Origin: Raphidiopsis brookii D9
GTDB lineage: Bacteria; Cyanobacteriota; Cyanobacteriia; Cyanobacteriales; Nostocaceae
Reading direction: 5' to 3'
DNA: 32,000 nt
Assembly: GCA_000175855.1 (NCBI GenBank)
Contig: ACYB01000006.1
Coordinates: forward strand, 52,768-84,767
Shown here: piece after piece, positions 18,773 to 27,889 of the stretch
Position numbering within the stretch: position 1 is the first letter of the stretch
Layout: each line of letters opens with the position of its first letter
Translations under genes and position numbers: made by a program
Notes under the pieces: generated by a model
Seen by the model: only the letters and a program-made list of their open reading frames with translations
Databases searched by the model: none
What the model was told of the DNA's origin: nothing

Positions 18773-18848
18773 CTAACCAGATTTTTTGTCGGTAGTGTTA
18801 ACCTAATTCATTTAACACTGATGAGAAATATATCTTATGTATTTTATA

Positions 18849-21274
18849 TCACCTTTTTGGATTTTCTTCCAGGAGGGACTGCCAATCGGAAATGGCTTGT
18901 TCTGTCCACAACCAATTCCGAGTCAACCTCTCCACTGTAAATTGCTCAGGTTCTTTCTCAATTATCATTTGACGCAGTTTTATTGCTTCGTCAATATATT
19001 TTTGCCTTCTATTGGGAGGTTGATCATTTGCGGACTTATATAAACCCAAAGCCAATCCCCCGTGAGCAGTTAGGGAATCTAGGGAGACCTTATTAGATTT
19101 TAAGGAAAGATTAACTGACCTAAACCAGAAGTCATTAGCATAATTCAACTTTCCCTCAGCATAATAAGCAAATCCTAGTGCATTATTATACATAATAGAA
19201 CTAGGTTGACTCTTGACTGCAACTTCCCAGTAACGTCGGGCATCATCAATACTATATTTCTTATCTCGCATTTGAGCGGACTGCCAAGCCAATCTTCCCC
19301 GCAAAAAATTAACAGCAGGATTTTTCCAATGTTTGGAAGGAATTGACGAAAGAGCAGTATCTGCAAGTTTAAAATCACCTCGGTCTAATAGCTTTTCCAC
19401 AGCGACAAGACCTCTCTCTAAATTGCCCTGGCTCAATTCCGTTATTGCTTGGCTAGAAACAATTTCGGTTTTAGCTGTTTGTAGGTTAATTGCTTCCACT
19501 GTTTCCCGAGAGGAGGCAATATTTGGCATATCAGAGACCGATGAACGACGATTCCACCACCAGATTAGGGTAATAATCACGGCTAAACTACTGACCACCA
19601 ACACTCCCAAATTAATTTGGGCTTACGGTCAATGGCAACTTTAGTTATTGGTGGTAATGGCACATCTGGAGAAACCCTTCTCCTAGGGTCTCTATGCAGC
19701 TGGTTCGATGATTTAGCAGTCTTTGAATCATTCCAACCATCAAATTCATTTTCCCCTCCGGTGCTTTCCTGTCCCTTAATTAGTATTCCTGGTTCAGCTT
19801 TGACGATTAGTTGTTCACTGGCAACTGGTTTATTATCAATTCTGCGCAACAAGTCCGCTACAATCGCTGCATCTTGGTCATCATTTTCCTGGTCATGGTT
19901 AACTCCACCCATTAAATCCCACTGACTATCCTCTAACCAGTCTAAATCTGATGTTTCTTTTGTTAACCCATAGTCCATAATCTCTTCTAGACCTGGGTTA
20001 GCTTCCAAATCATCTATTTTGTGTTCGGGTACTTCGCTTTCAAATCCGCTTATTGTTGATTGATAATCTCCAAAAAACTCTGAACTGCCAGAAGGACCTA
20101 ATTGAGGTCTGACAAAACCCTCAAATTCCCTGTGTAAATACAACGTAGGCAAAGCCCAGTACACCTGATGGGAACCATAGGCGGAAATTAACCCCTGACG
20201 CACTCGACTTACACATAAATCCAGAGGGTAGCCTTGACGAAGATTACGATAGAATAATTGTGTTAATGTCAAAGCTACTTCGTCAGGAATGCGTTCAGAC
20301 ATAGCCAAAACACTACTAATACCTCTTTTAACTAAACTTTCCGTTAAGTTTTGCTCCCCCGTATCTCCTTCACTATCGGATTTAGCTCTGTAAGCTCCCA
20401 AACAGGAGTTAAACACGGCCATTTGAATATTATTATTGACCAGTAACCCTGCTAAATCATCACCAGTTAGTGATTCTGTTAGTCCTGTTCGACGACTGAC
20501 TAGATAGATCTCCCCCCCCTGAGACCCTACATTACTATGACCTGAGTAATGAAGAACATGGTATCTTCCCTGTTCCAAGGACCGAGTTAACTCTTCTCTA
20601 CCCGGTTGTTCTAAAACCGTTAGTTCAATTTCCGGTAAGTCTTTATTACTTTCCTTCTGAACCCAGTCATTACGATTTAACTCTGATTTCAAATTAAATG
20701 CTTCTTGTTTAAGTAAGTCAAGTTTAGCTTGATCCACAGGACAAGAAATTACCATTAACACTTTGATGAGATTTTCTTCTTGGCGTGTAGGTAAGCGTGT
20801 GGGACTTGACACAGAAAGAACACCGTTTTGATAGCGAGAGAAAGCAATATAGGGACCGGTAGCTACAGGACGGTCCCCCGCATGCATAACCTCCCACGGT
20901 AATCGTGCCAATTTGTTGTCTTTTAGTCCTAAGCGCAATCGCAACAACTGCTGTTGATTTTGGGCAACTCCCTGAGCTGTAATCCAACTATCTCTGAGGG
21001 TACCTTGAAACAGCGCATTATATAACTTTTGACCTAATGCCACAAGGTTTACAGAGCTTCTGGCAGTGCCCGCAGCGGGCTGGGTCAAGCCTTCCCCCTG
21101 TAGCACTGATTTTAAAGGGTCATTCATTAAATGTTCCGCAGCTGCTAACCATTCAGCTACAGGCCAAGTAACCAGTTCTTCTGCCAAGGGCACCCCAGGT
21201 GCGACTTGTTCCGTCCGCACCAAGTAGTCACTTTGCCCTACTGGGGTTACGGAAATGTGAAATTCCTGGGTCAC
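18849..21274 (-). pseudogene. hetF: HetF-like CHAT (caspase-fold) protease with TM helix and helical-repeat C-terminal domain, split into two overlapping ORFs as sequenced
   Basis: ORF 19583..21274 carries the CHAT dyad contexts HVLHYSGHS (His codon 20537-20539) and AVFNSCLG (Cys codon 20402-20404). ORF 18849..19610 has no ATG and opens right after an in-frame TAA (19623-19625). It starts with a TM helix (GVLVVSSLAVIITLIWWW) and overlaps the first ORF by 28 nt. The combined 2426 nt is 3n-1. NsiR1-like repeats lie immediately upstream. Confidence 0.7.
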
Positions 21275-21433
21275 AACCTCTCCTGTTTGCCTCCTAAAAC
21301 TTGCTTCTTGCCTAAAAAGTTTCTAGTTTCCTTTTGTACCATACTAAATATTTTACTAACACTTTGGAAGGATTTTTTTGACAAATGTTCCCATTCGACC
21401 ATCATTTTTTTCCTGGATGGTTTAGGAACTTTA

Positions 21434-21469
21434 TCCGGATTTAACTAATTCACGCTGGAACACTTTAAT
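21434..21469 (+). promoter_or_regulatory. DIF1-type promoter (TCCGGA) of sRNA copy 1
   Basis: TTATCCGGATT with TCCGGA at 21434-21439. A -10-like TTTAAT lies at 21464-21469. The conserved GGTAGATGCACC starts 36 nt after the TCCGGA start. Confidence 0.55.
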
Positions 21470-21471
21470 GG

Positions 21472-21529
21472 TAGATGCACCTTGATCTTCAACTCCCCTA
21501 ACTGGTTATGCGCCTTTAGGGGGTTTTTT
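21472..21529 (+). ncRNA. nsiR1: NsiR1-like small RNA, copy 1 (~58 nt)
   Basis: A conserved 5' block (G)GTAGATGCACCTTGAT is followed by a hairpin, CCCCTAA (21495-21501) paired with TTAGGGG (21516-21522), and T6 at 21524-21529. It is antisense to the region upstream of hetF. The exact 5' end is inferred. Confidence 0.6.
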
Positions 21530-21579
21530 ATTGCCTATAGCCTATAAAATAAATTAAAATTAACCCAGCTCAAAATTTA

Positions 21580-21612
21580 TCCGGATTGTCCTCCCCTGCT
21601 ACGGGATATTAG
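21580..21612 (+). promoter_or_regulatory. DIF1-type promoter (TCCGGA) of sRNA copy 2
   Basis: TTATCCGGATT with TCCGGA at 21580-21585. A -10-like GATATT/TATTAG lies at 21605-21612. GGTAGATGCACC again starts 36 nt after the TCCGGA start. Confidence 0.55.
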
Positions 21613-21617
21613 GGTGG

Positions 21618-21676
21618 TAGATGCACCCTGATAACTAAATCTCCCCCTAGTCGGACAAAACCGCTGGGGGTTTTTT
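21618..21676 (+). ncRNA. nsiR1: NsiR1-like small RNA, copy 2 (~59 nt)
   Basis: GTAGATGCACCCTGAT is followed by the hairpin CCCCCTAGTCGG-acaaaa-CCGCTGGGGG (21643-21670) and T6 at 21671-21676. Confidence 0.6.
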
Positions 21677-21868
21677 CTTGAATTTTTCACTCAGTCCCAT
21701 GATAACTGTCTTTTGTCTTTCTTTCATTTTTAGCTGCTCTGAATCCCAAATTCAAGCAAATTCAAGATTTCCCCTAATCTAGATATCAAACTTTCCTAAG
21801 CGTTCTGGCTAAGGCTATGATGTACTTTAGCTATATTAGCTCCAAATAGTTCAATATATCTGTAAACT

Positions 21869-22300
21869 ATGGAACGTGGTCTTTTTTGGTTACCTTTACT
21901 GGGGGTTTTTTTTTGGTTGGCTTGGCAAGGTGCAAGGGAATATCAAAAGGTTGAAACTTATCGTCTCTGGGCTGAAGGTTTTCAACGCTCTAAATATGAT
22001 ATTTATGGGGTAATTGGTCAAAAAGACAACGAGATTACCTGGGGAAAACCCACACCCCAAGCCATTGTTCAAATGCAGACCTTTTCTCTGGTGGATGTTC
22101 AAGAAGTCCGCCTTCTGATAGATGGTCAAGCGGTCGGGTTGGATAAACCGCCCAACAAGGGTCGTTTAATAGAACTGGAGTTCATATTTTACCCAGGTGC
22201 TGCTTTTGCTCCATCTCTAAACATACCTTTCACCGAGATTCCCTTGGCAGCTCAATGGGGTCATTTCTTGCAAAATAGGTTACAAAATTTACAAATCTGA
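21869..22300 (+). CDS. Hypothetical protein with an N-terminal TM helix (143 aa)
   Basis: ATG ORF with the N-terminal hydrophobic segment LFWLPLLGVFFWLAW. I recognise no catalytic motif. Confidence 0.55.
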   Translation: MERGLFWLPLLGVFFWLAWQGAREYQKVETYRLWAEGFQRSKYDIYGVIGQKDNEITWGKPTPQAIVQMQTFSLVDVQEVRLLIDGQAVGLDKPPNKGRLIELEFIFYPGAAFAPSLNIPFTEIPLAAQWGHFLQNRLQNLQI

Positions 22301-22304
22301 TTGA

Positions 22305-23129
22305 TTAGTTTAGGCTTTTTGACCATTCCACAATTGCCTTTATTAGTCCATCAATGGTATGTTTTTGGGCGGTAATGTCTACTCGACCTAGTAAGTCTAT
22401 ACAAGTTTTGGATGTCTGTGGACCAATAGAGGCGATCGCACTTTTGTTTAAGTATTGTTCTGCTTTTTGAGGTAAATTATTTTCTAATAGTACACAGAAA
22501 AACTTGACTGTCTTGGAGCTGGCAAAGGTAATTACATCTACTGAATGATTAATCAAGGCCTGCTGTGCTGTGGTAGGTATGCTTTGGGGACAAAGAGATT
22601 CATAAGCGGGAACTTCCACCACTTGGGCACCTTTTTGTGTTAGTTCTTTGACCAAAATATCTCTCCCTCCACTTTCAACTCTGGGGAATAAGATCTTTTT
22701 ACCTGCTAAATTTTCAGGAAAGTTGTTCACTAGGGAGTCAGCTATAAAGTCAGGAGGGATGAAGTCTGGTTCAATTTGGTGCATTTTCAAGCTTTGAGCT
22801 GTTTTTTCACCAACAGCAGCAATTTTAGTTCTATTTATTGCTCGTCTAATTAAGGCTTGCTGATTTTTATATTGCAATGCCATTCTCGCAAAAAAGGATT
22901 CGACCCCATTAGTGGAGGTAAAAACTAACCAATCAAAAGTGGATAATTCCAATATGCTCTGATCTAAGGATCTCCAACTGGAAGGAGGACCAATTTCTAG
23001 TGCTGGTAGTTCAATTACTCTTGCTCCTAAATTGGTTATTCCGTGACTCAATTCGCTAGATTGTCCTACTGCGCGGGTGACGAGGATGGTTTTACCGCTT
23101 AGGGGTGTGATGGGGATGTTGATTGACAC
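22305..23129 (-). CDS. hemD: Uroporphyrinogen-III synthase
   Basis: 274 aa with the HemD-like pattern GKTILVTRAVGQSS...LGARVIELPALEI...FDWLVFTSTNGV and a repeated half-domain organisation. Confidence 0.8.
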   Translation of the reverse strand: MSINIPITPLSGKTILVTRAVGQSSELSHGITNLGARVIELPALEIGPPSSWRSLDQSILELSTFDWLVFTSTNGVESFFARMALQYKNQQALIRRAINRTKIAAVGEKTAQSLKMHQIEPDFIPPDFIADSLVNNFPENLAGKKILFPRVESGGRDILVKELTQKGAQVVEVPAYESLCPQSIPTTAQQALINHSVDVITFASSKTVKFFCVLLENNLPQKAEQYLNKSAIASIGPQTSKTCIDLLGRVDITAQKHTIDGLIKAIVEWSKSLN

Positions 23130-23172
23130 GATTCAAGGAGGGGAAGCAATAACTAATCTATTCTATCTTTTT

Positions 23173-23895
23173 CTACACTTTTTCCAGGAATTTTCTAAGT
23201 CCCACAACTTCTCCAATCACGATTACAACGGGAGAAAGTGGTATGTCTCTGGTTTTTCCCACTATATTACCAAGTTCACCTATGCAAATTTTTTGCTTGG
23301 CAGTTCCAGTCCAACGAATAATCGCTATAGGTGTGGATTTGGATTTTCCATGTCTGAGTAATTGGTGGACTATTATCTCCAGGTTTTTTCCTCCCATCAA
23401 AATTACTAGGGTTTGTAATCTTGATAGAGCTTCCCAATCTAAAATTTCAGGATCATGTGCTGTAGCTATGGCAAAACACTGACTTAAAACTGTGTCTGTT
23501 AGTGGTATTCCAGCTAATAATGGCCCTGCTAGAGCTGAGGAAATTCCTGGAATGATTTCAAATTCACAACCTGCTGATTTTAAGGCGGTAATTTCTGCTA
23601 TACATCTACCAAAAATAAATGGGTCTCCTGCTTTTAGTCTGACTACTTGTTTACCTTCTCGATAATATTTCACTAATAGGTTGTTAATTTCTCCTTGGGA
23701 GGTGCTTATACCTCCTCCCCTTTTCCCTACATCTAGTTTTAAACAGTTACTGGGGACAGAATTTAATAATTCTTCGTCTACTAGTGCATCATATACTAAA
23801 ACTTCAGCAATCCCCAGCAATCTATAGGCTTTTACTGTTAGATACTCTATATCTCCTGGTCCTGCTCCTACAATATAAACTTTATTTCTGGACAT
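23173..23895 (-). CDS. cobA: Uroporphyrinogen-III C-methyltransferase (SUMT)
   Basis: VYIVGAGPGDIEYLTVKAYRLLGIAEVLVYDALV, VVRLKAGDPFIFGR and IPGISSALAGPLLAGIPLT are canonical tetrapyrrole methylase motifs. Confidence 0.9.
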   Translation of the reverse strand: MSRNKVYIVGAGPGDIEYLTVKAYRLLGIAEVLVYDALVDEELLNSVPSNCLKLDVGKRGGGISTSQGEINNLLVKYYREGKQVVRLKAGDPFIFGRCIAEITALKSAGCEFEIIPGISSALAGPLLAGIPLTDTVLSQCFAIATAHDPEILDWEALSRLQTLVILMGGKNLEIIVHQLLRHGKSKSTPIAIIRWTGTAKQKICIGELGNIVGKTRDIPLSPVVIVIGEVVGLRKFLEKV

Positions 23896-23920
23896 TTTCT
23901 ATCGGGTTAATTTAAAGAGA

Positions 23921-24862
23921 TTAATTTAAAAGGGCACCAATGGGAAAGATTAGATATTCCAGGAAAAACATTTTCCAAATTAATTGATAAAACTTGGCAA
24001 TTTCTTTTTTACTCTCCAAGTTCACTTTCTGACTTTTTAACCATAGGAATATTAGGGGTATGGTGTGACTGATGACTAGAAATGTGGGGTTAATTTCTGC
24101 TAACTGGAAGATACCAACAATAATCATTCCTATATAACAAAATGTTAGTAGCCAAAGGGCAAGATCAAATACCGCTTTTTTCCCCAGTTTTATGGTGAAG
24201 GTATTAATGTTATAACGCAAGTCCCCCTCTAAATCAGGTATGTCTTTAAATATGGCGATCGCCATGGTAAAAACCAGGATAAATAATGTTAAAGTCCATA
24301 GGGTAAAAGGTATGCCCTGGCTTCTTTGTAATAGCCAACTAAAATGCAGAAACAGTCCTAAGTTGACAATAGTTCCCCGCACGGAAAAAATACATAAGGC
24401 TGCCCAAAATGGAAATTGCTTCAACCTTAATGGTGGTAAGGAATAGGCGGTTCCAATTACTAGGCTAGTTACTACCATAACCAATAAAAATGGTCCACTA
24501 ATCCAAGCTAGAGCTAGAGCTAAAATGCCCGTAGTAATCACAATGGACTTTCCCTGGTCTTCGGAGAATTCTCCTGCAGCTACGGGTAAATGAGGCTTGT
24601 TGATTTTATCAATATCTACATCTATTAATTGATTTAAACCTACAATATAAATATTTCCCGATATACAAGCTAACCAGGTAATTAAAATTTGGCTTAAATT
24701 TACTACAGAGAAACTAGAGTTAGTCACACCAATAGTCAGCAAGTATAAACCTAGCACACTTAGAGTTGTACCTATAATTGTATGAGGTCTAGAAAACTTC
24801 CACAAGCTGTGGAGCCAATTTGTGGCAACTATGGGCGAATTAGAAGGAGGAAACTGATTCAT
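23921..24862 (-). CDS. Homogentisate phytyltransferase (UbiA-family prenyltransferase, tocopherol pathway)
   Basis: Polytopic membrane protein carrying NQLIDVDIDKINKPHLPVAAGE and a second Asp-rich region KDIPDLEGD. It sits directly downstream of the gamma-tocopherol methyltransferase gene. Confidence 0.8.
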   Translation of the reverse strand: MNQFPPSNSPIVATNWLHSLWKFSRPHTIIGTTLSVLGLYLLTIGVTNSSFSVVNLSQILITWLACISGNIYIVGLNQLIDVDIDKINKPHLPVAAGEFSEDQGKSIVITTGILALALAWISGPFLLVMVVTSLVIGTAYSLPPLRLKQFPFWAALCIFSVRGTIVNLGLFLHFSWLLQRSQGIPFTLWTLTLFILVFTMAIAIFKDIPDLEGDLRYNINTFTIKLGKKAVFDLALWLLTFCYIGMIIVGIFQLAEINPTFLVISHTIPLIFLWLKSQKVNLESKKEIAKFYQLIWKMFFLEYLIFPIGALLN

Positions 24863-24865
24863 GGG

Positions 24866-25708
24866 CTATTTAACTCCACATAACAAACCAAATTTAATTA
24901 AACCCCGTTCATACCCACGGCGCATTAAACTAAGGGAGAGCGCCGCTTGAATTGTAGTCCAACCGGAAAACAACAACCCCAGGAATGCTTGGGGGGTAAA
25001 AGCAGAATCAATTACCACATTCCAAAAGGGTGCAACCCCAGTTGACCAATCAGCAGTCCTAATGTTTTTTAGTCCTAATTGACTGGCGATCGTATCATAT
25101 TCCGGTAAAGAAATCACATAGGGTAGACAATAAGCTCGATAAATATCTTGCAGGTGCTTTTGTTCATCCCCACTCAGTGTTAAAACATCCGTGGGACGAT
25201 GACACCATGTTACCATGATGAGTGTGCCACCTGGTTTTAACACCCGATAACACTCTTGCAGAAATTTCGTTTTATCTGGCATGTGCTCACCACTTTCTAA
25301 TGACCACACTAGATCAAAGGAATTATCATCAAAAGGCATTTCTTGGGCATTAGCCACTAAAAAACTACTCCTTGATTGTAAATTGGCTTCCAGTGCCCTT
25401 TCTTTGGCTCTAGCGCATTGAACTGGGCTGAGGGTAATTCCTGTGGACATGGCATGAAATTTTTGGGCCAAGTATAGGGAACTACCACCTATTCCACAAC
25501 CCACATCCAAGATATCATCTGCATGTTTTACTCCTGACCAATTTAGCACTGCTTCAATTAAATCAATTTGTGCTTGCCTACGTTCCTTTCTTTCTCTTCC
25601 ATCCGCACCATAATAGCCATGATGCATGTGTTCACCCCAAATTTGTTCCCATAAACCAGAGGAAGCATCATAAAACTCTTGGATTTGCTGATAGATTTTT
25701 GTACTCAT
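24866..25708 (-). CDS. Gamma-tocopherol methyltransferase (SAM-dependent)
   Basis: IQEFYDASSGLWEQIWGEHMHHGYYG plus the SAM motif ILDVGCGIGGSSLYLA. ATG 25708 is preferred over the upstream GTG 25729 used in the track. Confidence 0.8.
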   Translation of the reverse strand: MSTKIYQQIQEFYDASSGLWEQIWGEHMHHGYYGADGRERKERRQAQIDLIEAVLNWSGVKHADDILDVGCGIGGSSLYLAQKFHAMSTGITLSPVQCARAKERALEANLQSRSSFLVANAQEMPFDDNSFDLVWSLESGEHMPDKTKFLQECYRVLKPGGTLIMVTWCHRPTDVLTLSGDEQKHLQDIYRAYCLPYVISLPEYDTIASQLGLKNIRTADWSTGVAPFWNVVIDSAFTPQAFLGLLFSGWTTIQAALSLSLMRRGYERGLIKFGLLCGVK

Positions 25709-25855
25709 GTTCTTAAAGGTAAAAATCACTAAAAATCAAAACTCTGGAAAATATGTTTTAGAAGTGGCACATATCTGTTTAACTTAAAATATAAAGCAAT
25801 TTTGTTTGCTCAATAAAAAAAAATACCTGAAAAAACTACTTAACTCAACTTGGTT

Positions 25856-27190
25856 ATGACTGTTGCTCGGACGATATGCTTGGGGTTTATGGCGGTTATC
25901 TTATGTGGAACCATTTTGTTGATGATGCCTTTTTCCACTAGCAATGGTACATGGAACGACCCAATAGTAGCACTTTTTACCTCAACCTCCGCAGTCTGTG
26001 TGACTGGACTGTCAGTGGTTGATCCGGGTACTTATTTTTCCTTTTGGGGTCAACTACTGATTTTACTGCTAGTACAAATCGGTGGTTTGGGATATATGAC
26101 AACTACCACCTTCTTGATTTTACTAATTGGCAAAAGATTTGATTTAAGGCAAAAGGTAGCTATTCAACAAGCTCTAGACCGTCCGGGTATGAGTGGTAGT
26201 AGCCAAATTATTCGCTCCATTATTGCTACAACTATAATTTTTGAGATTACGGGAATTTTCCTCTTGCTCCCCGCTTTTGTCCCTGACCATGGCTGGAGTT
26301 ATGGAATGTGGTTAGCAATATTTCACAGCATCAATTCCTTTAATAATGCAGGATTTAGTCTGTTTAAAGATAATTTGATAGGTTATCAAACCTCCCTACT
26401 CGTGGTTTTTACAGTCACTGGGTTAATCATCTTTGGCGGAATTGGTTATCAAGTCATTTTAGATATGTATCTGTGGTTACGCGATCGCTTAAAAAGAAAA
26501 ACCACATTCATGGCATTCTCCCTTGATTTTAAAGTAGCAGTTAGTACCACCTTACTATTATTAGTAGTGGGGACAGTAGCTTTTTTTCTCATAGAAATTA
26601 GAAATCCAGAAACATTTGGCAAATTTAGATTTTCCGATCAACTATTATTAGCTTGGTTTCAGTCTGTTACTCCAAGAACAGCTGGTTTCAACACCATTGA
26701 CATTGGTAAAATGAGTGATGCAGGTCTATTTATTACCATTGCTTTAATGTTTATTGGTGCTAGTCCGGGTGGTACGGGTGGTGGGATAAAAACAACAACT
26801 TTGAGGGTATTAACCAGCTGCACCAAAGCAATACTTCAAGGTAAAGAGGAAGTTTGGCTCTATGAGCGCAAAATAGCCATAAATCTTATTTTAAAAGCCA
26901 TAGGTGTGGTTTTCGGCTCTTTGGCAACGGTCTTGTCAGCAACAGTTTTGATTAGTTTGACTGACCCAAAACTAGAGTTCATTCAAATTCTTTTTGAGGT
27001 GGTCTCAGCTTTTGGTACAGTGGGACTATCCACAGGGATAACTGGTAGTATTTCTACTGCTGCTAAAATAGTTATAATTGTCACAATGTATATAGGAAGG
27101 GTCGGTGTTTTATTGTCAATGTCAGCAATATTAGGAGATCCTCGTCCCAGTAGAGTTCACTACCCAGAAGGAAATTTGCTTGTAGGTTAG
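25856..27190 (+). CDS. ktrB: K+ transporter membrane subunit (TrkH/KtrB family)
   Basis: Multi-pass membrane protein with repeated selectivity-filter-like loops (TSAVCVTGLS, NSFNNAGFSL, VTPRTAGFNT, FGTVGLSTG). ATG 25856 lies two codons inside the track ORF. Confidence 0.85.
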   Translation: MTVARTICLGFMAVILCGTILLMMPFSTSNGTWNDPIVALFTSTSAVCVTGLSVVDPGTYFSFWGQLLILLLVQIGGLGYMTTTTFLILLIGKRFDLRQKVAIQQALDRPGMSGSSQIIRSIIATTIIFEITGIFLLLPAFVPDHGWSYGMWLAIFHSINSFNNAGFSLFKDNLIGYQTSLLVVFTVTGLIIFGGIGYQVILDMYLWLRDRLKRKTTFMAFSLDFKVAVSTTLLLLVVGTVAFFLIEIRNPETFGKFRFSDQLLLAWFQSVTPRTAGFNTIDIGKMSDAGLFITIALMFIGASPGGTGGGIKTTTLRVLTSCTKAILQGKEEVWLYERKIAINLILKAIGVVFGSLATVLSATVLISLTDPKLEFIQILFEVVSAFGTVGLSTGITGSISTAAKIVIIVTMYIGRVGVLLSMSAILGDPRPSRVHYPEGNLLVG

Positions 27191-27193
27191 TTT

Positions 27194-27889
27194 ATGGACA
27201 TTTCATCATTGAAGTTCTTTCGCAGTTTAAAACAAGACAATAACCAATTTGCAGTAATTGGATTAGGTCGTTTTGGTCGTTCTGTTTGTTCCACATTACA
27301 CGGTTTGGGTTATCAGGTCTTAGCTACAGATGTGGATGAAAAAAGGGTATCTGAAGCATTAAATGAGTCAATTGTCGCTCATGCAGTGCAGTTAGACTCC
27401 ACTGAGTCAGCAGCACTTAAAGAAGCGGGCATTTTTGAGTTTGATACGGTTATTGTCGCTATTGGCAACTATATTCAGGAAAGTATTATTACCACTCTTA
27501 ATGTTAAGGAAGGTGGTGTACCCCATGTGGTTGCTAAAGCTTCCAGTGAGGTACATTGTAAGCTGCTAAAAAGAGTAGGTGCAGACCATGTAGTATTTCC
27601 CGAATACGAAGCAGGTTGTGCTTTGGCACGCACCCTAACTAAGCCGTCAATTTTAGACCGGTTTGATCTAGACCCAGATAATAGTATTGTAGAGTTGATT
27701 GTCCCCGATGAATTTCATGGTAAAACCGTGGCGGAAATTCAGTTGCGAAATCGTTATGGTCTAAATTTACTAGCAGTTAGTCAGGATGGTAAGTTTAAGA
27801 TTAATCCTGACCCTGGTAAACGACTGGAACGTGGTTCAGCGATGGTAGTAATTGGCTGCAATAAGGATATTAATCGCCTACCAATTTAA
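27194..27889 (+). CDS. ktrA: K+ transporter regulatory subunit (TrkA/KtrA, RCK N plus C domains)
   Basis: Rossmann motif [13 protein letters not shown] and a C-terminal TrkA_C-like region [20 protein letters not shown]. It starts 3 nt after the ktrB stop. Confidence 0.85.
   Translation: MDISSLKFFRSLKQDNNQFAVIGLGRFGRSVCSTLHGLGYQVLATDVDEKRVSEALNESIVAHAVQLDSTESAALKEAGIFEFDTVIVAIGNYIQESIITTLNVKEGGVPHVVAKASSEVHCKLLKRVGADHVVFPEYEAGCALARTLTKPSILDRFDLDPDNSIVELIVPDEFHGKTVAEIQLRNRYGLNLLAVSQDGKFKINPDPGKRLERGSAMVVIGCNKDINRLPI

Noticed and set aside
18793-18806. Possible NtcA binding site upstream of glnB
   Set aside because: The sequence is GTA-N8-CTA, not the GTA-N8-TAC consensus, and has no properly spaced -10 box that I could see. 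It is not supportable as an NtcA box from sequence alone.
19333-19925. Two plus-strand ORFs (19333..19644, 19617..19925) antisense to hetF
   Set aside because: They are fully embedded antisense to a gene with clear CHAT motifs. Their composition is Ser/Leu-rich shadow-frame sequence and they lack an RBS.
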